Assembly (NCBI GenBank): GCA_963826785.1
Contig: CAWGYD010000006.1
Span: 352,001 to 416,000 of the forward strand
Direction: 5' to 3'
DNA: 64,000 nt
Source: an uncultured delta proteobacterium
GTDB lineage: Bacteria; Desulfobacterota; Desulfobacteria; Desulfobacterales; Desulfosalsimonadaceae
Below, one piece after another: positions 36,536-47,200 of the stretch. The translations under genes were made by a program, and so were the position numbers. Under the pieces are notes generated by a model. The model saw nothing but the letters and a program-made list of their open reading frames with translations. It did not search any database and was not told the DNA's origin. How positions within the stretch are numbered: the first letter of the stretch is position 1; every line of letters starts with the position of its first letter.

Positions 36536-38722
36536 CTATTTACCGCCGGTGCCCGGTTCCCGGCTCAAAAAACGGTGGTATTCGTACATTTTGGCCAGGG
36601 ATTTGACGGCCTGCTCGGGCGTGGGGAAAAAAAGACCGTGGTATTTGCGCCCCTCCAGGTGGTTTACCGTCAGGTCGTTTTCATCCTTGATCATGCTGAC
36701 CCCGAATATCGGCTTTCCATGAGTTTCCATCAGGGTCACGATGTGCTCGATGTATTTTTTTTCAAATTCGGCCAGGGCTTTTCCCATTTTCTCCAAGAAT
36801 TCCTCCGGCATGGTGGGATCGGCCATGCGCACCGAATTAGCCAATCGGGCCGCCATATGGCGGCGGCCCATGATCCCCAGGTTGACCACCGCGTCGCACC
36901 CCTCCCATTTCATCAGCGCTTCCATGACCGTAAAGGGCAATGAAAGATCCGTTTCGCCCACCAGGTCCACCGGGTTGGACCGGCTCCAGTAGGGCGGCAG
37001 GATTCCGTCCAGGCGGGCGATGATCGCATCGGTGAGTTCGGGCACTTTCAACCCATAGGACTCGCACAAATCCGCAGCGACCACCCCCCAGCCGCCCCCC
37101 AGGGTCATGATCGCCACCCGGTTGCCCTTGGGCAGGGGGACCGAGGAAAAGGCCGCCGACAGGTCGAGCAGGTCCATGGGCTTGTCCACCTTGACGATTC
37201 CGGCCTGACGGCATACGGCGTTGAACACCCGGGTGTTGGAGGACATGGCCCCGGTATGGCTGGAGGCCGCCTTGTTGCCCGCTTCGGTCTGGCCCCCCTT
37301 GAGCAGGACGATGGGCTTTTTTTGACCCAGGCGCCGGGCGCTCTCATAGAACCGCCGGCCGTTTTTCACGCTCTCGATATAAAGCATCACCGTGCGGGTC
37401 ACCGGGTCCACTTCAAAGGCTTCCAGGTAATCCTCGATGGTGATCATGGCCTCGTTTCCCGATCCACAGAACCCACGGATGCCGATGCCCTGGAGTTCGG
37501 CAAAGGTGAGCAGCTGGACGCCCATGTTGCCCGACTGGGCCACCACGGAAGTCGACCCCGGCCGGGGCCGCACATGGCTGCCGGCACAGTAGAAATTAAT
37601 GTGCGGGTTGATGATCCCCATGGTGTTGGGTCCGATCAGGGAAATGCCGGCGGCCCTGGCCAGGGCCACCAGTTCCTTTTCCTGGCGGGCGCCTTCCTCG
37701 CCGGTCTCGGCAAATCCGGAGGCGATCAAAAGCACCGATGTAATCCCCTTTTCCTTGAACTCCGGAATCAGATCCGGCACCATTTTCGCGGGGATGGTCA
37801 CCACCGCCACATCCACCCGTCCGGGGATTTCTTTGACCGAAGCAAAGACCGGACGGCCGGCGATGGTTCCGCCCTTGGGGTTGACCAGGTAAATGTCGCC
37901 CTTGAAACCGCCGCCGATGGTATTGGTCAGCAGGGTATAGCCCCATTTGCCGATCCGGCCGGAGGCCCCCACGAAGGCCACCGATCGGGGATAGAACAGG
38001 GCCGCCACCACCCCCGGTTCGGTCGGGGGAAGGAACTGTTTTTTGGAGGCGGAGGATCCCCTGATGACCAGGGCATCCACCGCCACGGGCTTGCCTTCCG
38101 GGGTGATGAGCAGCGGGTTGATGTCGACTTCGGCGACGTCGCTGCATTCAATCCCCACCCGGGAAAGCCCCACCAGCGTTTTCACCAGCGCATCCATGTC
38201 CACGGCCGCCTCTCCCCTGAAGGCCTCCAGCAGCTTCCGGGACCTGATTTCGCCGATCATGTCTGCCGCGTCTGATTCCGTCAGCGGGGCCAGCCGGAAG
38301 GCGACGTCGCCCAGGGCTTCCGTGAACACCCCGCCCAGTCCGAACATGACCACCGGACCGTAGGTGTCATCACGGAACAGGCCGGCCACCAGTTCGCGTT
38401 TTCCGGATACCTGGGGCTGGACCAAAAAGCCTTCCAGGCCGTCGCCGGCGCTTTCGGAAATCATCCGGGCGGCGTTTTCCACTTCCGCTGCGCTGGTTAC
38501 GTTCAAGTGCACCAGGTTGCTTTCGGTCTTGTGCAGCAGCGTCCTTCCCAGCCCCTTCACCACGACCGGATACCCGATGGATTCGGCGGCACGGACGGCT
38601 TCACCGGAAGTGGCGGCGGTCCTTTCCGGAACCACCGGAATGCCGAAGGGTTTCAAAAACTGCTTGGACTCGAATTCGGACAGGGCGCATAGCCTTTCCA
38701 CATGGTTTTCAGTTTCACTCAT
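36536..38722 (-). CDS. ADP-forming acyl-CoA synthetase (acetate--CoA ligase family), ATP-grasp domain first
   Basis: LSEFESK, HKTE, GPVVMFGLGG and DINPL at the N-terminus, then PRSVAFVGAS, GPNTMG, QSGN, ASSHTGAM and NPVDL. Confidence 0.9.
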   Translation of the reverse strand: MSETENHVERLCALSEFESKQFLKPFGIPVVPERTAATSGEAVRAAESIGYPVVVKGLGRTLLHKTESNLVHLNVTSAAEVENAARMISESAGDGLEGFLVQPQVSGKRELVAGLFRDDTYGPVVMFGLGGVFTEALGDVAFRLAPLTESDAADMIGEIRSRKLLEAFRGEAAVDMDALVKTLVGLSRVGIECSDVAEVDINPLLITPEGKPVAVDALVIRGSSASKKQFLPPTEPGVVAALFYPRSVAFVGASGRIGKWGYTLLTNTIGGGFKGDIYLVNPKGGTIAGRPVFASVKEIPGRVDVAVVTIPAKMVPDLIPEFKEKGITSVLLIASGFAETGEEGARQEKELVALARAAGISLIGPNTMGIINPHINFYCAGSHVRPRPGSTSVVAQSGNMGVQLLTFAELQGIGIRGFCGSGNEAMITIEDYLEAFEVDPVTRTVMLYIESVKNGRRFYESARRLGQKKPIVLLKGGQTEAGNKAASSHTGAMSSNTRVFNAVCRQAGIVKVDKPMDLLDLSAAFSSVPLPKGNRVAIMTLGGGWGVVAADLCESYGLKVPELTDAIIARLDGILPPYWSRSNPVDLVGETDLSLPFTVMEALMKWEGCDAVVNLGIMGRRHMAARLANSVRMADPTMPEEFLEKMGKALAEFEKKYIEHIVTLMETHGKPIFGVSMIKDENDLTVNHLEGRKYHGLFFPTPEQAVKSLAKMYEYHRFLSREPGTGGK

Positions 38723-38945
38723 TTCTCTGTTCCTGTCTTTAAAAACAATTGAATATATTAAAAATGAAGAGATCGATGTGCAGGACCGAAATCTTTTGTT
38801 TATCCTAACCCACGGGCATTTTCAAGTCGGAACAACACCGCTGACCGAACAGGAGACGGTCGGAAAAATTCACCGGCACATGCTGGAACAAGCAGGCGAA
38901 CGGTTCGCTTTTGTGAAAATGCCGGGATTTAAATTTTTAAAAACA

Positions 38946-39119
38946 TAACGCGGCAAATGGTTTAAATCATTTAATTCTTTTGATTTCGCAAGTCCAACAC
39001 CCCCCTTTGCCCCCCTCAAAGGGGGGAATTAAAAAAGATCTTCTCGACCCTTCCTCTATTCCCCCCTTGAGGGGGGCGAAGGGGGGTGTCGGACCGCCAG
39101 CCTCGAGGGGGGGGGATTA
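38946..39119. repeat. REP-like inverted pair with a conserved AT-rich flank
   Basis: ACACCCCCCTTTGCCCCCCTCAAAGGGGGGAAT ... ATTCCCCCCTTGAGGGGGGCGAAGGGGGGTGT; the flank matches 36437-36493 in inverted orientation. Confidence 0.85.
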
Positions 39120-39250
39120 AACCCCGGGTCAGATTCAATGGCAGGGCGCAGGCTGATGAAAAAGCCCGTCATAATGGAATATGCGAGTATTTTGAAGAAG
39201 CCTGAAACGCCGTCGTGGACCTATAGACGGGGTTTTAACACCACTTCTGA

Positions 39251-39592
39251 TTATTTATCTTTGGGAGCGGACTGATCCGGGGACAGAACCACCAGATTGG
39301 ATTTTTCTTTTTTGAAGCGCAGGCCTTTGTGATCAAGGCCGACTTCCTCAATGGAGATGATGGAATAGATGGACAGGTGCAGGTTTTTGACCCCCTCGAA
39401 ATGTTTCTTCTGATCCTCTTCCTCCGGATTGATCACCCGGGATCCGGTTTCGAAGACAAAGTCCGAAATGGCCACAAAGGAAAGCCCCAGGGACGAATCC
39501 GTCACCGTGCCGGCTCTGAGCGTCATGACTTTACCGGTTTTGGGTTCCCGGTAGGTGATGATGAAATAGGTTTCCTTCTTTTTTTGTGCCAT
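39251..39592 (-). CDS. DUF1820-like protein
   Basis: SSLGLSFVAISDFVF...VINPEEE..F.GVK.LHLSIYSIISIEEV pattern. Confidence 0.6.
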   Translation of the reverse strand: MAQKKKETYFIITYREPKTGKVMTLRAGTVTDSSLGLSFVAISDFVFETGSRVINPEEEDQKKHFEGVKNLHLSIYSIISIEEVGLDHKGLRFKKEKSNLVVLSPDQSAPKDK

Positions 39593-39846
39593 TTTCAAAT
39601 TTCATTTCGGGTTGAGGCCAGGCGCTGGTCGAACGGACTCATAATATAAAATAATGCAGCGCTTTTGTCAAAGCCGTATATCGCTTCTTTTGCAATGCGA
39701 TAGGCCTTTTGCCCGCCACCCAAAATAGTCCTGTTCTCGACTGCCTTGCCGATTGCCCGGTGGTCATGGAAATGTTATGATGGGTCAAGACCATCGGATT
39801 CAATCGAATACGGCAATGATGTATAAAAAAGAAGGAGAGCGTTTAA

Positions 39847-40131
39847 ATGGAAGATGAAAAAAAACAGCCCCAGCCGCTGCAGGTGAAAACCGGGGATGAA
39901 ATGTCACGGGGACGGTTCAGCAATTCCATGTTCATCACCCACAGTCCGGAAGAGTTCATCATCGACTGGCTCCTGTCCTCGCCCACCGGAACCCACCTGA
40001 TGTCGCGGATCATCGTCACCCCCGGGCACGTCAAGCGGATCATCAGCGCACTGTCCGAGAACCTGGCAAAATACGAGGAGAAATTCGGCGAGGTCAAGCC
40101 CATCGCTCCGGGCGAACAGACCTTCCACTGA
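39847..40131 (+). CDS. DUF3467-like protein
   Basis: GRFSN...HSPEEFIIDW...SRIIVTPGHVKR..AL.ENL.KYE.KFGE. Confidence 0.78.
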   Translation: MEDEKKQPQPLQVKTGDEMSRGRFSNSMFITHSPEEFIIDWLLSSPTGTHLMSRIIVTPGHVKRIISALSENLAKYEEKFGEVKPIAPGEQTFH

Positions 40132-40144
40132 GGCGGGGACGCGA

Positions 40145-42498
40145 TTATTCGATCTGTTTGAAGAATTCGTCCGTGTCCGTGACCACCACGTTCGGCTGGG
40201 CGGTATGGGTGGCCGGGACCGTCCCTTCCTTGAAGCACTCGAAGATCACGTTTTCAGATTCGGACACCGGCAGGAGCCCCGTGTCCGAATCGATTTTAGC
40301 AAATACCACGGAGTCGGGAACGGGAAAGACCCGCACCGGTTTTCCTTCCAGTGCCTTCTGCATGAACTCGAGCCAAATGGGGCTGGCCGCCCGGGACCCG
40401 GTCTCCCGGATGCCCAGGGTCTTTTCATAATCGAAACCCACCCATACACCGGTGATGTATTCCGGGGTGTACCCCATGAACCAGGCGTCGTTTAACTCAT
40501 TGGTGGTGCCCGTCTTGCCCGCCACCGGCCGCTTCAGTTCACGGACCCGCCACCCGGTCCCCTGCTGCACCACCCCTTCCAGGAGGTGGGTGATGATATA
40601 GGCCGTGCTCTCATCGATGACCTTCTTTCGGGTGGCCTGGTGCTCGAAAACCACTTTTCCGTTCCGATCCACGATTTTTTTGATAAAGCAGGGGTTGATC
40701 AGATATCCCTTGTTGGCAAACACCGAATATGAATTCACCAACTCCAGAAGCGATACCCCGGAAGAGCCCAGGGCCAGGGACAGGTCCTTGTCCAGATGGC
40801 TGGTGATGCCCAGTTTACGGGCATAGCCGATGGTATAATCGATTCCGATGTCGCGAAGGATTTTGACGGTGATCACGTTTCTCGACTTGATCAGGCCTTC
40901 GCGAAACAGGGTGAAGCCGTGAAAGGTGTTGTCATAGTTGTTGGGTTTCCAGGTGAAATCATGGTCCGTATCCTCGAAAACGATGGGGGAATCCACGATC
41001 AGCGTGGCCGGGGTATACCCCTTATCCAGGGCCGCGGCATAGATGATCGGCTTGAAGGCCGACCCGGGCTGCCGCTGGGACTGGATGGCCCGGTTGAACT
41101 GGCTGTTGGTGAAATCCCGTCCGCCCACCATCGCCCGCACATTCCCGGTTTCCGACTCCATGCAGAGCAGGGCGGACTGGACCTGGGGGGTCTGCTCCAG
41201 GGCCAGGGGCCAGGGATCGGCCGCGTTCTTTTTTGCTTTCAGCCGCACCAGGATGACATCGCCCACCGACAGGGCCTGTGCGGGTCGGTCACACGCACCC
41301 GTTCCGGTTCGATTGACGGGTCCGGTTTCCGCGCCCATTTCATATCCTTCAAGGCGATGACGCCGCGCTGGTTCCCCATCCGGACCAGGACCGTGTCCTC
41401 GCTCGAATCGATCCGGATGACCACCCCCTTCGTAATCATGCCTTCGTGGACCAGAGACGGTTTCAGTTCCGATTCCAGGCGCTGCGAAAACTGCTCGATC
41501 TGCTCGGGTGCCAGGTGCTCGATGGGGCCCCGGTAGCCCTGGCGCTTGTCCACCTCACGCAGCCCTTTTTCAATGGCCTCACGGGCCATGTTCTGCATGT
41601 CGATGTCCACACAGGTATAGACCTGGTAGCCCTGGGTGTAAAAATCGTCTTTCCCGAACTGCTCCACCAAAAGCCGCCGCACGTGCTCGGTGTAATAGGG
41701 CACATGCTCCATGTAGAGATTTTTCCGGGGATAGATATCCAGCCGGGTGTTGATGGCCGCGTCGGCCTCCTGCCGGTTGATAAACCCCTCCGACACCATC
41801 CGGTTTAACACATAGATCTGGCGCTTCTGGGCCCGTTCCGGATAGGTGAATGGCGAATACCGGCTGGGGGCCTGGGGCAGACCGGCCAGCATGGCGCATT
41901 CGGCCAGGTTCAGGTCCTTTGCGGATTTTCCAAAATAATTTTCCGAGGCCGCCTCCACCCCGTAAGCGCCGTGCCCCAGGTAGATCTGGTTTAAATACAG
42001 GTACAGGATCTGATCCTTGGTAAACCGCTTATCGATGCGGTAGGCCAGAATGGCTTCCTTGATCTTTCGCGAGTAGCTGCGTTCCGGGGTGAGAAAAAAA
42101 GACTTGGTGACCTGCTGGGTGATGGTGCTCCCCCCCTGGACGATCTGGCCCGCCTCCAGGTTCTTGAAAAAAGCCCGGACAATGCTGTGCAGGTCGATGC
42201 CCCCGTGTTCGTAAAAACGGCTGTCTTCCGCCGATATGAAGGCCTGGGTCAGGTATTTCGGCATGGCCGCAAGATCGATCACCACCCGGCGCTCTTTTGA
42301 AAATTCAGCGATTTTGCGGTTGTCATCCGCATAGAAGGTGGTGACGATGGGAGGCTGGTAGTCCCTGAGGGTGGTGATCCTGGGAAGATCGGAGCCGAAA
42401 TAGAAATAGAGGCCGGCGATCATGGCCACGCCGGCAAACAGGCCCGCGAGGCCCAGAATGAACAGCCATTTCAAAAATGCAATCAACCCTCTTGTCAT
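40145..42498 (-). pseudogene. mrcA: Penicillin-binding protein 1A with one frameshift near 41281 (likely a sequencing indel)
   Basis: Transglycosylase motifs AEDSRFYEHGG and GGSTITQQ in ORF 41239-42498; transpeptidase motifs QPGSAFKP, SRN and GKTGT in ORF 40145-41338. Confidence 0.88.
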
Positions 42499-42565
42499 CC
42501 GCTTTTCCTGTAATGCTTATCGCCGCCCCGAAAAGTAGCAGCTTAATAAGGGTTGGTGCCCAAAG

Positions 42566-44071
42566 TCAACCGGATTTCATTGCCTGCCGGATGCCGGCCG
42601 GGATGCCGCCTTCCTCATACAATGCATACTTTTTCCCGATAACGCCCCGGTAATGCAGCGGCTTGCCAAGCTTTACGGCCGCCTGCACAAGCCTGGGGGC
42701 GTTTGCCGGCTTCACAATCCATAACCGGCTGCTGTTCTGGGCCAGTTTGGCCGCCAGACCATCGGCGCTGACCTCTGCCACTTTGGCATCCAGATAGAAA
42801 TCGAGGCCCAGGTTCGGTCTTGTTTCAAAAAATGTAATTTCCTGATAAGGCCCCGGACTCAGCGATTGGACCTGACGAGCGAACTGCTCGCCGTTTCGCT
42901 TCAGTTCCAGAGGATAGTAGGAGACGCCGAATCGGACGATAACCAGAAACAACAGCCATCCGGCGATCAGGTTGCGCCTGAGGGCGGTGAATTGAAAATT
43001 TTGGGCGTAAAGGGCCCTGGCGGCAAGGATGGCCAGGGGCGCAAAACAGGGCAGCAGGTAAAGGTGCATCCGGGATTTGGAGAAGAGAAACACCGAAAGC
43101 GGCAGCATAAACCATATCAGCACAAACAGGTCCTGGGAAGACAGCGGGGATAAATAGCGCCGGCGGGATGAAGAAAGCCTCCGGAGGGCCCCGGACAGCT
43201 GTTTAAACAACACCACGGTCCAGGGGATCGTCCCGAACAACAGCACCGGACCATATATTTTGACCGCGTCCAGCCAGCGGCTGTGCCGATCATGATGGGC
43301 GGTAAAAATCCGCAACACCACTTCATTCCAGATGAAATACCGGGCCAGAGAAAGATTTCCGGCAATCACGCTGATAAACCAGGAGAAGCCGATGATCCCG
43401 AAAATGGCGAGACCCGGCACCCACCTCATGGCGACCCGCTCCGGTGCCGGCCGGGTCACCCGGAAAACGAGAATGGCCGCCAGCGGCAGAAGACCCGGCG
43501 GGCCCTTGGTCATAAACGCGATGCCGAATGCGGCCCACATCATCAGGATCATTCTTTTGGCCCGCTCGCGGTCCCGGCCCCACTGCGCATCCACAAAACA
43601 GCTGACGGCCGCGGCTTCCCACAGGGCCAGCAGGGTATCGGTGGTAATGGCATTGCCGGCGAGCACCGGAAAAAGAAAGGAGATATAGACCAGGCCCGGC
43701 AGCCACGGGCGTTCCGGGGTAAACACCGCCCCCATGTGCCAGATAATCAGGGTGGTTAAAAACAGGGCCAGGGAATTGGGAAAGCGGGCGGCAAACTCAT
43801 TTCGGCCCAGCATCACGACACTTGCCGCGATGGACCAATAGGTCAACGGCGGCTTGGTCCAGTGCGGCTGATCGTTTAAACGGGGATGCAGCCAGTCATG
43901 GCTCCTGAGCATCTCCATGGAAACAGCCGTGTACCGTCCCTCATCCGGGTCCCAGACACCGCGGCTTCCCTGAAATGCGAAGCAGAAGAAGAGCAGCGCT
44001 GAGATCCACAACCATTTTTTCGGCTTGTGCGACATGGGATAGGCTTTCCTTAAACCCGATGGTTTGTTCAT
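42566..44071 (-). CDS. ArnT-like GT-C glycosyltransferase (copy 1)
   Basis: DPDEGRY..EM, KPPLTYW, FAARFP, MTKGP and SKSRMHLYLLP. Confidence 0.85.
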   Translation of the reverse strand: MNKPSGLRKAYPMSHKPKKWLWISALLFFCFAFQGSRGVWDPDEGRYTAVSMEMLRSHDWLHPRLNDQPHWTKPPLTYWSIAASVVMLGRNEFAARFPNSLALFLTTLIIWHMGAVFTPERPWLPGLVYISFLFPVLAGNAITTDTLLALWEAAAVSCFVDAQWGRDRERAKRMILMMWAAFGIAFMTKGPPGLLPLAAILVFRVTRPAPERVAMRWVPGLAIFGIIGFSWFISVIAGNLSLARYFIWNEVVLRIFTAHHDRHSRWLDAVKIYGPVLLFGTIPWTVVLFKQLSGALRRLSSSRRRYLSPLSSQDLFVLIWFMLPLSVFLFSKSRMHLYLLPCFAPLAILAARALYAQNFQFTALRRNLIAGWLLFLVIVRFGVSYYPLELKRNGEQFARQVQSLSPGPYQEITFFETRPNLGLDFYLDAKVAEVSADGLAAKLAQNSSRLWIVKPANAPRLVQAAVKLGKPLHYRGVIGKKYALYEEGGIPAGIRQAMKSG

Positions 44072-44224
44072 AACCCATAACCCATAATACCGAATTCAAA
44101 AAATGACCAGCGCCAGCAGTGCATGGCTGCCTAAATTAACAATAAAATCAAAAAGCAAAGGGGATTTGCGTTAATAATATGAATATGGATAAGATGCATT
44201 CTTTTTACGGCAAAGCCCCTGCCC

Positions 44225-45130
44225 TCAATTGACCAGTTCCGGCCGCCGTTTCCACCGCCGGTGCATCCAGACCCACTGCTCCGGGTGGCGCCTGATCACC
44301 GACTCATAGATCCGGTTGCAGTTTTCGACATCCACGAGCAGGTCCTGTTCCGAATTGCCGGTATCCGCAAACGCCAGGGGTTTGAAAAATTCTACGCGAT
44401 ATGTCAGGTCCGGCTCCAGGTGGATGAAGGCGGGAATCACCGGCACTTTGAAACGCCGGGCCAGAACGATGGGACCGACCGGTGTATTGGCTTTTCGGCC
44501 GAAAAAATCGGCGAACACCCCTTTTACCCGGGTGTCCTGATCCATGAGAATGCCTAAGGGGCAGCCGTCCTTCAATGTCCGGATCAGGGTCTTGATCTCT
44601 TTGCCCCGTTCCAGGTGCAGATAGCCGGCCTGGTTCCGGGTCTCAACCATCAGCCGGTTCAATTTGGGATTGGCCAGCGGCGAACCGATGACCCGAAGGG
44701 GAAATTTTTTCCAGGTGAGCCAGGCCCCCAGGAGCTCCCAGTTACCGTAATGGCCGGTCAACAGGATGATGCCGCGGCCCGTTGCCGCGGCTTCTTCAAG
44801 GTATTCCAGGTTATCCGCCTTTACATACCGGTCCATCCCCCGGGACAGAAACCATGGAATCCGAATGGTGTCCACGGCGGCCGTGGCAAAATGACCGAAT
44901 ACGTCCCGGGCAATCCGCCGGATTTCGCGATCACTCTTTTCATGTCCGAACGCGATGGTCAAATGGCGGATGGTATTGCGTCGGTGTTTGCCCGAAGCCC
45001 AGTAGAACATGATGGCAATGCGCCGGGCCACGGCGATGCTCGCGCGCCGCGGCAGGAGCCGGAAAATACGGACAAACGCCAGCACCGTCCGGTACTGGAT
45101 TTCATTTTTCAGGTGTTTTAACAGTTTCAT
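44225..45130 (-). CDS. Lipid A late acyltransferase (LpxL/HtrB family)
   Basis: TGHYGNWE, LMDQD, FFGRKA and PEQWVWMHRRWK. Confidence 0.9.
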   Translation of the reverse strand: MKLLKHLKNEIQYRTVLAFVRIFRLLPRRASIAVARRIAIMFYWASGKHRRNTIRHLTIAFGHEKSDREIRRIARDVFGHFATAAVDTIRIPWFLSRGMDRYVKADNLEYLEEAAATGRGIILLTGHYGNWELLGAWLTWKKFPLRVIGSPLANPKLNRLMVETRNQAGYLHLERGKEIKTLIRTLKDGCPLGILMDQDTRVKGVFADFFGRKANTPVGPIVLARRFKVPVIPAFIHLEPDLTYRVEFFKPLAFADTGNSEQDLLVDVENCNRIYESVIRRHPEQWVWMHRRWKRRPELVN

Positions 45131-45258
45131 GAAGATACGGCTATAAAAGGATAATCATCAGTCGATACCGGTTATCTCAATCATAGATTGTTAAACTGGA
45201 ATGAACTTGATTTGCAAAAGAATTTTGCTTCGATTAGACATTGATCCAACGATCCGTC

Positions 45259-45975
45259 CTACAGGACGCCACCGAATCCGATATAGGCGCCCATCGCACT
45301 GAAATTGTCAATACGGAGCGCGCGCCCTGAAACGCGGTCCTCTATCTTCCAGTTATTAATGTGGTAATCAAAACGGGCGCCGGCATCCAAAAACCATCCG
45401 GATTTTATATCATACCGGATACCGGCACTAACGGTGGGCATAAATTCCACGTCCTCGCCAGAATTGGTCCGGATGTCATAGGGGGTTCCGTTTTCGTTCT
45501 GTGAATCATCTTCATTGTCGAAATCGGTAAACCCAATGCCAACACCAGCGCGAATATACGGTTGCAGCGGGGAACCGATCCGACCAAAAATATAATTCAG
45601 TGAAGGCGTTAAAAAGGTTGTTCTTCCCTCGGCACTGGTCTCCCCCACAGTAGGAATGCTCAATCTCTCCCCGGTATTTTCGATGTCAAATACAAATGAA
45701 TCCAAGGATAAAACAGCGCTCAGGGATTGGCTCAACTGCCGACCGACATAGAGGGACACCAGCGGCATGCTGTCAATGGGCGCATCATTAACCTGGAAAA
45801 GATTCCCCGCCTGCAGGCCGATCATATAAAGGTTTTCCCGCGCATCCTTTGCCAGCGCATCTTGTGCCCGCGCATTTATTGGGCGCATCCCCGCCCCAAG
45901 GATTGCGATCAGCATGGCGGTCAGCGCGAATTTTCCCAAAGCCCGTAAATACCTGAAATGTGAACTTTTGATCAT
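45259..45975 (-). CDS. Small outer-membrane beta-barrel protein
   Basis: Signal peptide; amphipathic strands LQPYIRAGVGIG, AGIRYDI, FLDAGARF and YIGFG. Confidence 0.72.
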   Translation of the reverse strand: MIKSSHFRYLRALGKFALTAMLIAILGAGMRPINARAQDALAKDARENLYMIGLQAGNLFQVNDAPIDSMPLVSLYVGRQLSQSLSAVLSLDSFVFDIENTGERLSIPTVGETSAEGRTTFLTPSLNYIFGRIGSPLQPYIRAGVGIGFTDFDNEDDSQNENGTPYDIRTNSGEDVEFMPTVSAGIRYDIKSGWFLDAGARFDYHINNWKIEDRVSGRALRIDNFSAMGAYIGFGGVL

Positions 45976-46035
45976 CAGCTTTCCTTCACGCAATCATATG
46001 CGTTACCTCTTTTTGATTTAAATCTGATTTTATCT

Positions 46036-46599
46036 CTACCATTTGTACACGAAACCAAACCCGATGGAATCCTTCCCCACCACCGGGGCGACAGACAGAT
46101 TTTTCGTTATGGGTTCTGTAAACAGGTACGTGCTGAAAACCCCGATGGCCGCGCCCGCCAGAACATCATGGATATAATGTGCTTTGCACTCGACCCGGCT
46201 GTATCCCACAAATGAAGCCGCCAGATAAGCCGGGATGCCATATTCCCATCCATAGCGGCGCTGAATAAAGGAAGCCCCGAAAAAAGCGGCGGAGGTATGA
46301 CCCGATGGAAAAGATTTGTCGCCATGACCGTTCGGCCGCTGTTCATGAATCGAATATTTTAGTCCCTGTGTCAAGGCAACACAAGTCAGCCCCGCTTCAA
46401 GAAACTGGTATCTGCCGTCAGAATCGCCGAATCGATCAGAAGTGCCAAAGGCAAACGTGAGGCCAAGTGCCGCGGCCGGCAGCGCCAATTGAAGATTATC
46501 GCCGGTGGTCCGTACAAGGTCCCCGGCATAAGCTGTTCCTGAAAAGGACAGCAAAGTCAATACACAACATATACAGATGACTATCTTTTTGTCGATCAT
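46036..46599 (-). CDS. PAP2-family phosphatase (LpxE/LpxF-like)
   Basis: K..I...RP, SFPSGHTS and SRV...HY..DVLAG catalytic motifs. Confidence 0.88.
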   Translation of the reverse strand: MIDKKIVICICCVLTLLSFSGTAYAGDLVRTTGDNLQLALPAAALGLTFAFGTSDRFGDSDGRYQFLEAGLTCVALTQGLKYSIHEQRPNGHGDKSFPSGHTSAAFFGASFIQRRYGWEYGIPAYLAASFVGYSRVECKAHYIHDVLAGAAIGVFSTYLFTEPITKNLSVAPVVGKDSIGFGFVYKW

Positions 46600-47033
46600 G
46601 AAACCAGAGATCCTCCAGTGTTGAAGTTCAGGAGAAAACAACGATCATGAGGAAATGGAGTGTTCGCATCATGGGGGGTGAAAATGACCACTGACGAAGT
46701 TCAAAATCACTTGAGAATTCAGGCTGAATAAACGCAGAAATGTTCTTCGATGATACAAAACCCGAGTGTTATCGGTCATATGCGAAATTAAAACCGCCGA
46801 GGAGAAGCCGTTTTGGAAAAAAAGAAGTGCCCTTATTCAGACAAGGCACCTTGATTGGATCGGATCACAAAAATTACGTTACAGTTCGTTTAAAGAGGAA
46901 TCGGCAAGGCATCTCGGTGCTGCGGGAAACCGATGTCGTTACTTAAGATTTTTTCAGGATGGTATTTCTTATCCTGATATCATCCGTTTTAAACACATTC
47001 GATCTTAACCGGGGGAAAGGATACGCTTTCGAA

Positions 47034-47072
47034 GATTACCGTAGAATGACGGCTACATTATGATTTGATAAT
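47034..47072 (-). promoter_or_regulatory. Four-part 11-bp-periodic response-regulator box (copy 1)
   Basis: GATTAC-N5-AATGAC-N5-CATTAT-N5-GATAAT; TATCCT lies 10 nt downstream on the minus strand. Confidence 0.65.
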
Positions 47073-47200
47073 TTAAGGGTTTCTCATCAGGGTCGTGCGC
47101 CCCAAAGGTTTAAATTAGATTTATTATTCAACTATATAATCATCCAGGAATTCTGCATCTCCCCTGAAAATACCTGTTCATCTTGTAACAGTTCCGCGCG

